Origin: a virus
Taxonomy: Duplodnaviria; Caudoviricetes
Length of the DNA stretch: 33,519 nucleotides
Virus record (IMG/VR): IMGVR_UViG_3300005758_000106
Location: 1-33,519 of that record
Reading direction: 5' to 3' (one strand)
Shown: positions 17,248 to 25,905 of the stretch, piece by piece
Layout of the letters: every line of letters starts with the position of its first letter
How positions within the stretch are numbered: position 1 is the stretch's first letter
The notes under the pieces: model-generated
Database searches by the model: none
Told to the model about the DNA's origin: nothing
What the model saw: only the letters and a program-made list of their open reading frames with translations
Position numbers and translations under genes: made by a program

Positions 17248-18264
17248 ATGGCACAAGTACGTAGCTTTGAAAAACCATTTGAGCTAGTTGATTACACAGA
17301 AGAACTACTTCTAGTACCCAATCGTTGGGGTCTAATCAATGAACTAGGTATCTTCCGTAACGAAGGTGTAGCTCAACATTCTATCACAGTTGAATCCAGC
17401 CAGGGTACTCTAGGTCTAGTTACCGATAAAGTACGTGGCGAACGCAACAACGTAAACAAGGACGATACTCGCAATCTTCGTTCTTTCGCTATTCCTCACT
17501 TCCCCCTTGATGACGGTATCAAGCCCGAGGATGTTCAGGGCAAACGCGCCTACGGTTCTGCTGATCAAGCCGAAACCGAAGCTGCTGTTATCGCTCGTAA
17601 GCTTGAGCGCATCCGTATGAGCCACGCTGCTACTCTAGAAGCTGCTCGTGCTTATGCTCTAACCACTGGCGCTATCTATGCCCCCAATGGTACTGTAGCT
17701 GGTAACTTCTATACAGACTTCGGTGTAACCCGTAAAGAAATCGACTTTGCTCTAGGCACCACAACTACTGATGTTCTAGCTAAGTCTGAAGAAGCTATTG
17801 CCCACATTCAGGACAATATCCTTTCTGGTGAGACAGTAACTAACGTAACAGTTCTTTGCTCACCTGCTTTCTTCGCTAAGCTAATTACTCAAGCTGGTGT
17901 TAAAGAGGCTTACAAGTACTACACCTCTACTCAAGAACCCCTACGTCAGCGTCTAGGCTCCGGTCTATATCGTCGCTTCGTACACGGTGGTGTTGAGTAC
18001 ATCGAGTATCGTGGTAGCTACAATGGTACAGCTCTAATCCCTGCTGGCGATGCTTATGCAATGCCTCTAGGTACTAGCGACATGTTCCTAACATACTTCT
18101 CACCTGCTAACAAGTTCTCACATGTTAACACAATTGGTGAAGAGGCTTATGCTTTCACATATCGTGATCCAAAGGATAGCGAAATTCAGATTCAAACCGA
18201 ATCTAACTTCCTAAACCTAGTTCGCCGTCCTGCCGCTCTAGTTCGTCTATTTACTAGCAACTAA
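17248..18264 (+). CDS. Major capsid protein (lambda gpE-like family)
   Basis: 338 aa, SD AAGGA, strong codon bias. Motifs SFAIPHFPLDD.IKPEDVQGKRAYG and ESNFLNLVRRPAALVR. Followed by a terminator. Confidence 0.92.
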   Translation: MAQVRSFEKPFELVDYTEELLLVPNRWGLINELGIFRNEGVAQHSITVESSQGTLGLVTDKVRGERNNVNKDDTRNLRSFAIPHFPLDDGIKPEDVQGKRAYGSADQAETEAAVIARKLERIRMSHAATLEAARAYALTTGAIYAPNGTVAGNFYTDFGVTRKEIDFALGTTTTDVLAKSEEAIAHIQDNILSGETVTNVTVLCSPAFFAKLITQAGVKEAYKYYTSTQEPLRQRLGSGLYRRFVHGGVEYIEYRGSYNGTALIPAGDAYAMPLGTSDMFLTYFSPANKFSHVNTIGEEAYAFTYRDPKDSEIQIQTESNFLNLVRRPAALVRLFTSN

Positions 18265-18278
18265 TCGGCTCCAAGATT

Positions 18279-18299
18279 GGCTCCTTCGGGAGCCTTTCT
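18279..18299 (+). terminator. Intrinsic terminator after the capsid gene
   Basis: GGCTCC-TTCG-GGAGCC followed by TTTCT (short U tract). Confidence 0.75.
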
Positions 18300-18356
18300 A
18301 ACATTGAATATTGATTTTAACATTGTGAATGTTAGATTAGTATTTAATGTTAGAAA
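18295..18356 (+). repeat. ~29-bp inverted repeat / long RNA hairpin
   Basis: Arms 18295-18324 and 18328-18356, loop GTG. Four G.U wobbles and one bulged T. Confidence 0.8.
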
Positions 18357-18378
18357 CATGCAACATTAAGGAACCATT

Positions 18379-18783
18379 ATGGCAACAATTCAAGATATAC
18401 GTTATGAACTTGGAGATACGTCTGCTGAGTTCCCGATGATGTCAGATGCTGAGATTAGATACTTCTTGTATAAGAACGATTGCAATCTACAGCGTACAGC
18501 AATGGATGTAGCTAAATCCCTATTGCTAAAACTAAGCATGCGTACTGATGAATCTGTAGATATATTTAGTATCAGAGGTTCGCAAGCTGCAAAAAATTAC
18601 ATGCAAGCTTTAAAGATGTATATCAGCAATCCTGATCTAAATCGTTTGTATGATAAAGTTACTCCATATGCTGGTGGCATTAGCAAATCAGATATGGAAA
18701 CTAATAACGCTAATCCTGACAATAATATTATAGTATCACCTGTAGATGATATTGAAGTATTTAAAGGTCCATTTAGTGTTTAA
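18379..18783 (+). CDS. Head-tail connector / adaptor
   Basis: 134 aa after the capsid gene. IRYELGDT...SDAEIRYFL and PYAGGISKSD motifs. Confidence 0.7.
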   Translation: MATIQDIRYELGDTSAEFPMMSDAEIRYFLYKNDCNLQRTAMDVAKSLLLKLSMRTDESVDIFSIRGSQAAKNYMQALKMYISNPDLNRLYDKVTPYAGGISKSDMETNNANPDNNIIVSPVDDIEVFKGPFSV

Positions 18784-18793
18784 GAGGTAAATT

Positions 18794-19153
18794 ATGCACA
18801 GTGCATTTCTTGCCTCTACTAAATACCAAATAGATAGGCATGGTGAAAACATGTCCTATGTTGTTGTTACTGAAGGATCATATAATATTGAAACTGGATC
18901 AGTAAGTAATACCAATACGACCTATACTGTGAAAATGTATAAAAAACACATCAAGGCTAATCAATATAATTATCCGAATCTTATTGGTCAAGATGCTGCT
19001 ATATTTTATTTGACAAATTACGATTTACAGTTTACACCTGCCGTTAGAGATAAAATTATCGATTCAACTGGAACATACGTAATTGATTCAATCACTAAAC
19101 ATCAAGCTATCGGTAAAGTAGTATTATATAAAATGCTTGCAGTAAAAGGTTAA
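18794..19153 (+). CDS. Head closure / head-tail joining protein
   Basis: 119 aa, beta-rich, GSYNIETG motif, syntenic position. Confidence 0.65.
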   Translation: MHSAFLASTKYQIDRHGENMSYVVVTEGSYNIETGSVSNTNTTYTVKMYKKHIKANQYNYPNLIGQDAAIFYLTNYDLQFTPAVRDKIIDSTGTYVIDSITKHQAIGKVVLYKMLAVKG

Positions 19154-19155
19154 TA

Positions 19156-19680
19156 ATGATTAGTTGCGATACCTCTAAACTTGAAGCTGACCTTAAAAAA
19201 TTTAAAGAAGAAGCTACTAGAAAACTAGAAGGTATGGTTGAAATATTTACTTATAATTTAACCGTAGAAGCAATCGATAATACACCAATCGGTCAATTAA
19301 ATGAAGGTACTGACTGGATGTATAATTTACCTTCTCGTTTGAGAGTATTACCAGCAGAACCCGGTTCAGCTAAAGGTGGTTGGACAATATCTTTTAACGG
19401 TCCAACTAGAATAATCTTTCCAGAAAGAGCAACCGATTCTAATGCTTATAATATTAAGAGTAATGCAGATGTTGCAAGTAAGGGTTATAAGCTTGGCGAT
19501 GTTGTTTACGTAATGAATAGTGTTAGATATGTAGCAACTGAAGGTTGGACATTACCAAAGTTTGGATCGCTAGAAAATGGCTATTCCTCACAAGCACCAA
19601 ACGGTATTATGAAACCAACTCTAGATGCAGTAATGAATATCTATAGTCTTGATTTGAAGAAATATTATGAGGGTAGCTAA
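19156..19680 (+). CDS. Neck / tail completion protein (HK97 gp10-like)
   Basis: 174 aa. TPIG, GSAKGGW, NSVRYV and LENGYSSQAPNGIMK motifs. Confidence 0.75.
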   Translation: MISCDTSKLEADLKKFKEEATRKLEGMVEIFTYNLTVEAIDNTPIGQLNEGTDWMYNLPSRLRVLPAEPGSAKGGWTISFNGPTRIIFPERATDSNAYNIKSNADVASKGYKLGDVVYVMNSVRYVATEGWTLPKFGSLENGYSSQAPNGIMKPTLDAVMNIYSLDLKKYYEGS

Positions 19681-20087
19681 TGTCAATTCTAGAAATAAAA
19701 CGATCTGCCGAAAGGCATCTTAATACATTAACACCTTCTGTTCCAACTGGTTGGGAAGGGGTTACTTTTAACCCTCCAAGTACTATTTATCAGAGAGTTC
19801 AATTTATAATTCAATCTCCAGATGATCCTGTATTGGGTACAGGTTTTCATAGAGAACGAGTAACCATGCAAGTATTTGTAGTTGGTGAAATTAATAAGGG
19901 AACCTCTGAAATTATATCCCGTGCTGAACTAATAAGAAATAAGTTTAAAAAGGGATTAGTTTTAACAGAAGGTAACGTAAGAATTCATGTTCTTAGAACA
20001 CCTCAAATAGCAGGTGCATCAATAGTCGCTGATAGATCAGTATGTCCTGTTATCATAGAATTAGTTGCAGAAGTATATTCTAACTAA
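19680..20087 (+). CDS. Tail terminator protein (DUF4128-like)
   Basis: 135 aa immediately before the tail tube gene. WEGVTFNPP and GTSEIISRAELIRNKFKKG motifs. Confidence 0.75.
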   Translation: MSILEIKRSAERHLNTLTPSVPTGWEGVTFNPPSTIYQRVQFIIQSPDDPVLGTGFHRERVTMQVFVVGEINKGTSEIISRAELIRNKFKKGLVLTEGNVRIHVLRTPQIAGASIVADRSVCPVIIELVAEVYSN

Positions 20088-20156
20088 TAAGTATGGGATG
20101 CTGAACCTGACTCAGTACATTTGCAAATGTTAAAAATTTAAATTAAGGAAAATAAT

Positions 20157-21365
20157 ATGCCAATCGCTAAAGGTGTATCCAAACAAGTTGGTTACAAAAA
20201 AGAAAGCTCATGGGGTGTACTAGCTGGTACTAGTGCTGGCAAGCTACTTCGTCGGGTTACTGCTAGTTTCAATCTAGTTAAAGAAGCTTACGAATCAAGT
20301 GAAATTCGTACTGATCGTCAAATTGCTGATTTCCGTCATGGTGTACGTTCTGCTGAAGGTAGTCTAAATGGTGAACTATCTCCCGCTACATATGCTGATT
20401 TCATGGCAGCTATTGTTGCTCGTGACTTTACGGCTGCTCCTAGTGCTACTGGCGTATCAGTAACTGTTGCTGCTTCTGGTTCTCTATATACAATCACTCG
20501 CGCTACTGGTTCATGGTTGACAGATGGTTTTGCTGTAGGTATGGCTATTAGAATGACTGGTGCTGGTCTAAATGCAGCTAATGCAGGCAAGAATCTTCTA
20601 ATTGCAGCAATGAGCGCTACAGTTCTAACTGTAACTCCTATCAATGAATCTGATTTAGTTGCAGAAGGTCCAATTGCTTCTGTCGCTGTAACTGCAACTG
20701 GTAAAGTAACTTTTGTACCTGCTAGTGGTCATACAGACGATTCATTTACAGTAGAAGAGTGGTATTCTGATATTGCTCAGTCTGAAGTATATACAGGTAT
20801 GAAGGTAAACAGTATGGCTGTTCAACTACCTGCTACCGGACTAGCTACTGTAGATTTCGGTTTTGCTGGTAAGGATATGACTCAGACAGGTACTACTCAG
20901 TACTTTAGTTCACCAACTGCTCAAAATACAAACGGTATTTTTGCTGCTGTTAGCGGTGTGATGCTAGTTGCTGGTGCTCCTGTTGCTCTAATTACTTCTG
21001 CTGATTTCACAGTAGAGCGTGCAACTGAGAATGCTATTTCAGTAGGTTCAAACTCTGTTTCTGAAATCTTCTCTGGTCGGGTACGTGTAACAGGTAATCT
21101 AAGCGTATATTTCCAAGATGCTGCTTTCCGTGGTTACTTTGATACAGAAACACCTGTTTCAATCGTACTAGCTCTAAGCTCAGATACTACTGATAATTCA
21201 AATTTTGTTACCTTCACTCTACCTAAAGTAAAACTAGGTAGCTTTACAAAAGACGATGGTGAACTTGGTACAGTAGCTTCCACAAGCTTCCAGGCTCTAC
21301 TAAACAGTACAACAACTGCTGGTCTACCAGCTACTACAATCCAAATTCAAGACTCCGCTGCTTGA
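20157..21365 (+). CDS. Major tail (tube) protein with an inserted accessory domain
   Basis: 402 aa. KESSWG, ESSEIRTDRQIAD.RHG, GRVRVTGNLSVYFQD. Strong codon bias, followed by a terminator. Confidence 0.88.
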   Translation: MPIAKGVSKQVGYKKESSWGVLAGTSAGKLLRRVTASFNLVKEAYESSEIRTDRQIADFRHGVRSAEGSLNGELSPATYADFMAAIVARDFTAAPSATGVSVTVAASGSLYTITRATGSWLTDGFAVGMAIRMTGAGLNAANAGKNLLIAAMSATVLTVTPINESDLVAEGPIASVAVTATGKVTFVPASGHTDDSFTVEEWYSDIAQSEVYTGMKVNSMAVQLPATGLATVDFGFAGKDMTQTGTTQYFSSPTAQNTNGIFAAVSGVMLVAGAPVALITSADFTVERATENAISVGSNSVSEIFSGRVRVTGNLSVYFQDAAFRGYFDTETPVSIVLALSSDTTDNSNFVTFTLPKVKLGSFTKDDGELGTVASTSFQALLNSTTTAGLPATTIQIQDSAA

Positions 21366-21371
21366 TAACAT

Positions 21372-21402
21372 AAGCCCGAAGGTTAACCCCTTCGGGTTTT
21401 TT
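21372..21402 (+). terminator. Intrinsic terminator
   Basis: AAGCCCGAAGG-TTAACC-CCTTCGGGTTT followed by TTT. Confidence 0.88.
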
Positions 21403-21416
21403 GTTATTTACAACTC

Positions 21417-21445
21417 TTGATTTTCTATGTTATCTATGCTATAAT
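21417..21445 (+). promoter_or_regulatory. sigma70-type promoter with extended -10
   Basis: TTGATT (21417-21422), 17 bp, TATAAT (21440-21445), TG at 21437-21438. Confidence 0.85.
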
Positions 21446-21474
21446 GAATGTTCATTAATTAATGAAAGGATATT

Positions 21475-21885
21475 ATGTCACTAGATTTAGCAAAAACAAA
21501 CCTAGCCGATGCGGCTGATGCTGGTTATGAATTTGAGATTAAATTACCAGGGAGCGGTGATCCCACTGGTGCTTTTATTACTGTACGCGGAGAAATGTCA
21601 AAAGTAGTAAAAAACTACTCAAGGCAAAAGTTTCGTGAATTCCAGTTAAAAGAACAACAAGCAAAACGCAGAGGCAAAGAGAGTCAAGAAATGACTTTGG
21701 AAGAAGCGGAAGATTTAGCTATCGAAACGGCATTAGTACGAGTCATTGATTGGCGTGGAATTACAGAAAATGGTAAAGATGTTCCATTCACGAAAGAAAA
21801 TGCAGAACGTATTTTTCGTGAACATTCTTGGATTCGTGAGCAAGTAATGGAGGAATCCGGTCAATTGCTCAACTTTCGATGCTGA
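21475..21885 (+). CDS. Tail assembly chaperone (gpG analog)
   Basis: 136 aa between tail tube and tape measure. VIDWRGI.ENG..VPFTKENA..IF....WIREQV...NF pattern. Confidence 0.85.
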   Translation: MSLDLAKTNLADAADAGYEFEIKLPGSGDPTGAFITVRGEMSKVVKNYSRQKFREFQLKEQQAKRRGKESQEMTLEEAEDLAIETALVRVIDWRGITENGKDVPFTKENAERIFREHSWIREQVMEESGQLLNFRC

Positions 21886-22255
21886 AGACATAAACACTGC
21901 CATTGAGTTTGCCAAACAAGAATTTAAATTCTCTGAGAGTTTCAAAGATGGAAATACTCTCAGGGATCAGTTAAATAATGTTTGGCGACAGACTGGTAAA
22001 AAGCCAAAAGAGCTTGAAGAATTACTAGAGATACCTAGTAGTTGTGAGCATGTTTGGAAGTGGTTTATGGATTTGAATTCCGCAAGGTCTGGTGGAGGCT
22101 TTTCACCTAATCCATTAAGTTATACAGATATATATCATTATTTTCAACTGATGAGTATGTTTCCAGATGAATGGGAACTTGACTTACTCAGAATATTTGA
22201 TAAGATTGCTTTGGATACTTATGCCAAGCGGATTAAGAAAGATACTAAAACATAA
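21875..22255 (+). CDS. Tail assembly chaperone extension (gpT analog), probably reached by +1 frameshift
   Basis: Frame 2 is open from 21848 to 22255 with no start codon near its 5' end. It encodes FDAEDINTAIEFAKQEF...VWKWFMDLNSAR.GG...PLSYTDI...WELDLL..FD. Confidence 0.78.
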   Translation, partial: FDAEDINTAIEFAKQEFKFSESFKDGNTLRDQLNNVWRQTGKKPKELEELLEIPSSCEHVWKWFMDLNSARSGGGFSPNPLSYTDIYHYFQLMSMFPDEWELDLLRIFDKIALDTYAKRIKKDTKT

Positions 22256-22258
22256 ACT

Positions 22259-22279
22259 AGCCCCTCTTGGGGCTTTTGT
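22259..22279 (+). terminator. Intrinsic terminator
   Basis: AGCCCC-TCTT-GGGGCT followed by TTTGT. A second AT-rich hairpin TTATCTTTA/TAAAGATAA lies at 22289-22311. Confidence 0.7.
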
Positions 22280-22336
22280 CTTTGTAAATTATCTTTAGTT
22301 TATAAAGATAAGATTTTCCATACACAGGAGAAAGAT

Positions 22337-25300
22337 ATGGACTTAGCTCAGTTAAAATTCGTAGTAGATACGTCCGAGTTAAAAAATGCAGCTACAGAAA
22401 TTGAAAAGTTATCTGGTGCTGTCAATAAACTAAATAAACCTCTTCAGGAAGTTACTACTGCTTCCAAAGAGCTTAATAAAGAACAACAGGCTTCAGCACA
22501 GACAAGTACAAAGTCTACTGAAAGCACAAGGAAGCAAACTTCAGTTCTTGAGCGTCAACAGATGATTCTTGAGTTCATGGCTGAAGGTTATTCCAAGGGT
22601 CAAGCCTCACAGCTAGCTTACGCTAAGGCCGCTGGTGCTTTGACTGATGAATTGCAGACGCTAGGAACGGTTCTACAGACTCAGCGTAAGTTGATGGGTA
22701 CTGATCCCTTCGACAAGAGCATTGGGGCCATGCAAGCCCTTAAAAACGAATATATCGTAACCAAGGAAGTACAGCGTCTATATAACGCAGAACTTGGTCT
22801 ATCTAAATCTCAGATGGAAGATTTAGCTAGGGAAAAACTTCGTCTTATTGAAAAGTATAAGATTGAAGGTGCTAGCCTAACCGACATCAAGAATGGTCTA
22901 ATGGAGCTTAATATGGCTTACATTAGAAATGCTAGTGCTGAGAATGCTATCACTCAGAATATGAAGGATAGGCAAAAAGCAGCCAATGATGCAGCTAAAG
23001 CCAATGACTATATTATTCGGGAAATGGATAGAGTTAATCGCTTAACTCAGGAAAATGGAAATATTACTAGTGCAACTAATAATGCACTTATCCGTTTCGA
23101 AAAAGCTTTGAAGCTTTCTGGTATGTCAGCTTCCGATCAGGTTGAAAAACTAGAAGCATATAAGCAAAGCTTATTGTCAGTACAAAAAGCTGGTGGTCAA
23201 AGACAGGTAGACTATCTATCTCGCGCACTAGGTCCACAGATTACCGATATTTTCGTTGGTCTAGCTACTGGTCAATCACCAATGATGGTTTTACTCCAGC
23301 AGGGTGGTCAATTACGTGACCAATTTGCGTTAGCTGGTGTAGCTGGTAAAGATATGGCAGACATGCTAGTAAAAGCAATGAGTTCCATGATTACTAGCGT
23401 AAAAGATATTGGTTTAGCTATTGGTCAACTATTAGTGCGTGCTGTAATTGGCGCCGGAGAATCTATTTTAAACTTGGTTGTTGGACCAATGAAGGCATTG
23501 TACTCAGCAACTACTGGTTTAATTACTGGTACTCTAACTTATTCTGAGGCTGTAAAAACACTAACAGTAGCAATGTCTGGTTTAGGGAAAACTGGTGTAT
23601 TACTATTACTAACTACTTTAGCAGCTTTAGCTATCGAGTATGTAAAAGTTACTCAGGCAAATACTGATCTATCCAAAGCTATTGCACTAACTGGTGCTAG
23701 TATTGGAATGACACGCGACGAAGCTGTAAAGTTTGCTGAAACTTTGACTAGTAAAACTGGTGGGAGTACCCTCAAGTATATTGGTATTTTAACTGAATTT
23801 GCAAAAGCCGGTGCTAGTGTAAGCGAAGAAATGATCAAGTTGGCTGATGATATGCAGAAGTATCTAGGTCAATCGATCGATACAACAGCCAAACAGTTTG
23901 TTGATCTTGGCGATAGCCCAACAAAGGCACTGGTTAAGATCGCTAAGGAACAAGGTTTTGTTACTGAAAAAACTCTTCAGAATGTATACGCTCTTGAACA
24001 GGCTGGGAATAAAACTGAAGCTGCAAAACTTGCTACAGAAGCTTATTTAGCTTCACAGAAAAATGCAGTAGCCGAAGCTAAAAAGAATCTTGATCCATTA
24101 CAAAGATTGTGGCTCGACATTAAAAGTGGAATCAGTCAAGCAACTCAGGCTGTTTATGATTTATTAAAATCTGCACCTGTGGTAGCTACATTTAGAACAG
24201 TATGGGAAACTGTAGCTGTTATTGCTTCAGAAGTATGGTACGTAATTAAGCAAACTGGAAAAGAAATCGGTGGTATTGCTGGTCAAATTGCTGCCGTTAT
24301 TCGTGGAGATTTTGCTGGTGCTGCAAAGATTCATGAAGAAATGAAATCAGATGCTGAAGCATCTAGAAAAGCTCAGGATGATTTAGTCGCCAGTATTTTA
24401 AAGCGCAATTCTGCTGAAGAAAAAGGTTCGTCAATTTCCGCTGCACAAGCTAAAGCAAATTCCGATAGTGCTAAAACATTCGAAGATAGAATGAAAACTC
24501 AAAAGGAAGCTGCTGATTATTTTGCTAGTGTAATGAAGGAAATCAATAAAATTCAATCTGAGTCAACGGCTAATACCAATCAGCTAAATACTGCTCAGAA
24601 GAAAATGATCGATTTACTATCTGATCCTAAGTTCAATAAGCTAAGTAGAGATAATCAGATTTTAGCTTTCTCAAAATTAGCTACAGCCAGTGCAACAATC
24701 GAAGAAATAAAAGCTCTTGAAGTCTTCAATAAGATCATGAAAGAAGCTACTAAGATGGAAACTGAAGCTGCCTTTGCTGGTTATGAGTTAAATGCTGCAC
24801 AGAAAAAGATGATTGAACTATCATCTGATCCTGTATTCTTGAGACTTAACGACGAGAAAATGTCTGAAGTAATGGCTAGATTAGCTAACGTCAGTGCTAC
24901 TCTTGAGGAAGTAAAAGCACAAGAACAGTTAAGAAAGCAAAATGCTGATTTGACTAAGAGCTATATTGATAGAATTACAAAGTCAACTGAGCTTGCTATT
25001 AATTTAGGTATTGCTTCCGATGAGGCAACCCGTGCTGCAATAATGGAAGGTGAAGCTCTAGACTATCAGACTAGTATTCTTTCCAAGACTGAACGTGAAA
25101 GAAATAGGCTTCTAAAAATTCGTCAGATCGAGTTAGAGCTTGATAAAGAAAAGCGTGACTTAGATAAGCAAATCGGACTAAGTGCAGAAGATCGTGAAGC
25201 ATTGAAAGCTGATGCTGCTGTTCGTGCTGCTATCAAAATCAATAATGCAAATAAGAGCATTGAATACGATAAAGAGCTACAGCGGGTTCAAGCTTATGGT

Positions 25301-25903
25301 TCTGCCTTTGAAAATGTATTTATAGGTATGGCTGATGCAATTATCAACTTTGCCAAAACTGGAAAGTTAAACTTTTCAGATTTAATTAATACAATGATCA
25401 TGGACATTACTAGATTCGAACTAAGAAGAGCTAGCTTAAGCATGTATGAAGGTTTCGGTGGTGCTTCTGGTATCTTTGGTGCAGTTAAGAACATGTTCAT
25501 ATCGCAAGCAGATGGTGGCGCTTGGATGAATGGCATAAAGAAATTTGCTAATGGTGGAACTTTTACTAATTCAATCGTAGATAGTCCAACACTATTCAAA
25601 TTCGCTAAAGGTACAGGTCTTATGGGTGAAGCTGGTCCAGAAGCTATTATGCCTCTAACAAGGGATTCTAGCGGCAAGCTAGGTGTACAAGCATCTGGTT
25701 CTGGTTCGAATGTTTCAGTTCAGGTTATCAACAATACTAATGCTACAGCAAGTACACGCGAAACTGTTGACTCTAAAGGCAACAGAAAAGTAGAAGTAGT
25801 AATTGGTGAAATGACGGCTAGTGAAATCGCCCGTAGCGGTAGTTCTTCTCAGAAATCTATTCGTTCAACATTCGGTATTGTACCGCAACTAATTAGGAGA
25901 TAA
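22337..25903 (+). CDS. Tail tape measure protein
   Basis: 1188 aa, helical and A/K/E-rich. Lambda-type motif QITDIFVGLATGQSPMMVLLQQGGQLRD and C-terminal FANGG...GLMGEAGPEAIMPL. Confidence 0.95.
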   Translation: MDLAQLKFVVDTSELKNAATEIEKLSGAVNKLNKPLQEVTTASKELNKEQQASAQTSTKSTESTRKQTSVLERQQMILEFMAEGYSKGQASQLAYAKAAGALTDELQTLGTVLQTQRKLMGTDPFDKSIGAMQALKNEYIVTKEVQRLYNAELGLSKSQMEDLAREKLRLIEKYKIEGASLTDIKNGLMELNMAYIRNASAENAITQNMKDRQKAANDAAKANDYIIREMDRVNRLTQENGNITSATNNALIRFEKALKLSGMSASDQVEKLEAYKQSLLSVQKAGGQRQVDYLSRALGPQITDIFVGLATGQSPMMVLLQQGGQLRDQFALAGVAGKDMADMLVKAMSSMITSVKDIGLAIGQLLVRAVIGAGESILNLVVGPMKALYSATTGLITGTLTYSEAVKTLTVAMSGLGKTGVLLLLTTLAALAIEYVKVTQANTDLSKAIALTGASIGMTRDEAVKFAETLTSKTGGSTLKYIGILTEFAKAGASVSEEMIKLADDMQKYLGQSIDTTAKQFVDLGDSPTKALVKIAKEQGFVTEKTLQNVYALEQAGNKTEAAKLATEAYLASQKNAVAEAKKNLDPLQRLWLDIKSGISQATQAVYDLLKSAPVVATFRTVWETVAVIASEVWYVIKQTGKEIGGIAGQIAAVIRGDFAGAAKIHEEMKSDAEASRKAQDDLVASILKRNSAEEKGSSISAAQAKANSDSAKTFEDRMKTQKEAADYFASVMKEINKIQSESTANTNQLNTAQKKMIDLLSDPKFNKLSRDNQILAFSKLATASATIEEIKALEVFNKIMKEATKMETEAAFAGYELNAAQKKMIELSSDPVFLRLNDEKMSEVMARLANVSATLEEVKAQEQLRKQNADLTKSYIDRITKSTELAINLGIASDEATRAAIMEGEALDYQTSILSKTERERNRLLKIRQIELELDKEKRDLDKQIGLSAEDREALKADAAVRAAIKINNANKSIEYDKELQRVQAYGSAFENVFIGMADAIINFAKTGKLNFSDLINTMIMDITRFELRRASLSMYEGFGGASGIFGAVKNMFISQADGGAWMNGIKKFANGGTFTNSIVDSPTLFKFAKGTGLMGEAGPEAIMPLTRDSSGKLGVQASGSGSNVSVQVINNTNATASTRETVDSKGNRKVEVVIGEMTASEIARSGSSSQKSIRSTFGIVPQLIRR

Positions 25904-25905
25904 AT

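Noticed and set aside
21849-21853. GGAGG as an RF2-type stimulator of the +1 frameshift
   Set aside because: It lies 20 nt upstream of the shift codon, whereas RF2-type stimulation needs about 3 nt.
22067-22255. Independent 62-aa gene starting at ATG 22067
   Set aside because: No convincing SD, and coding-like sequence continues ~64 codons upstream in the same frame, so it is better explained as the frameshift extension.
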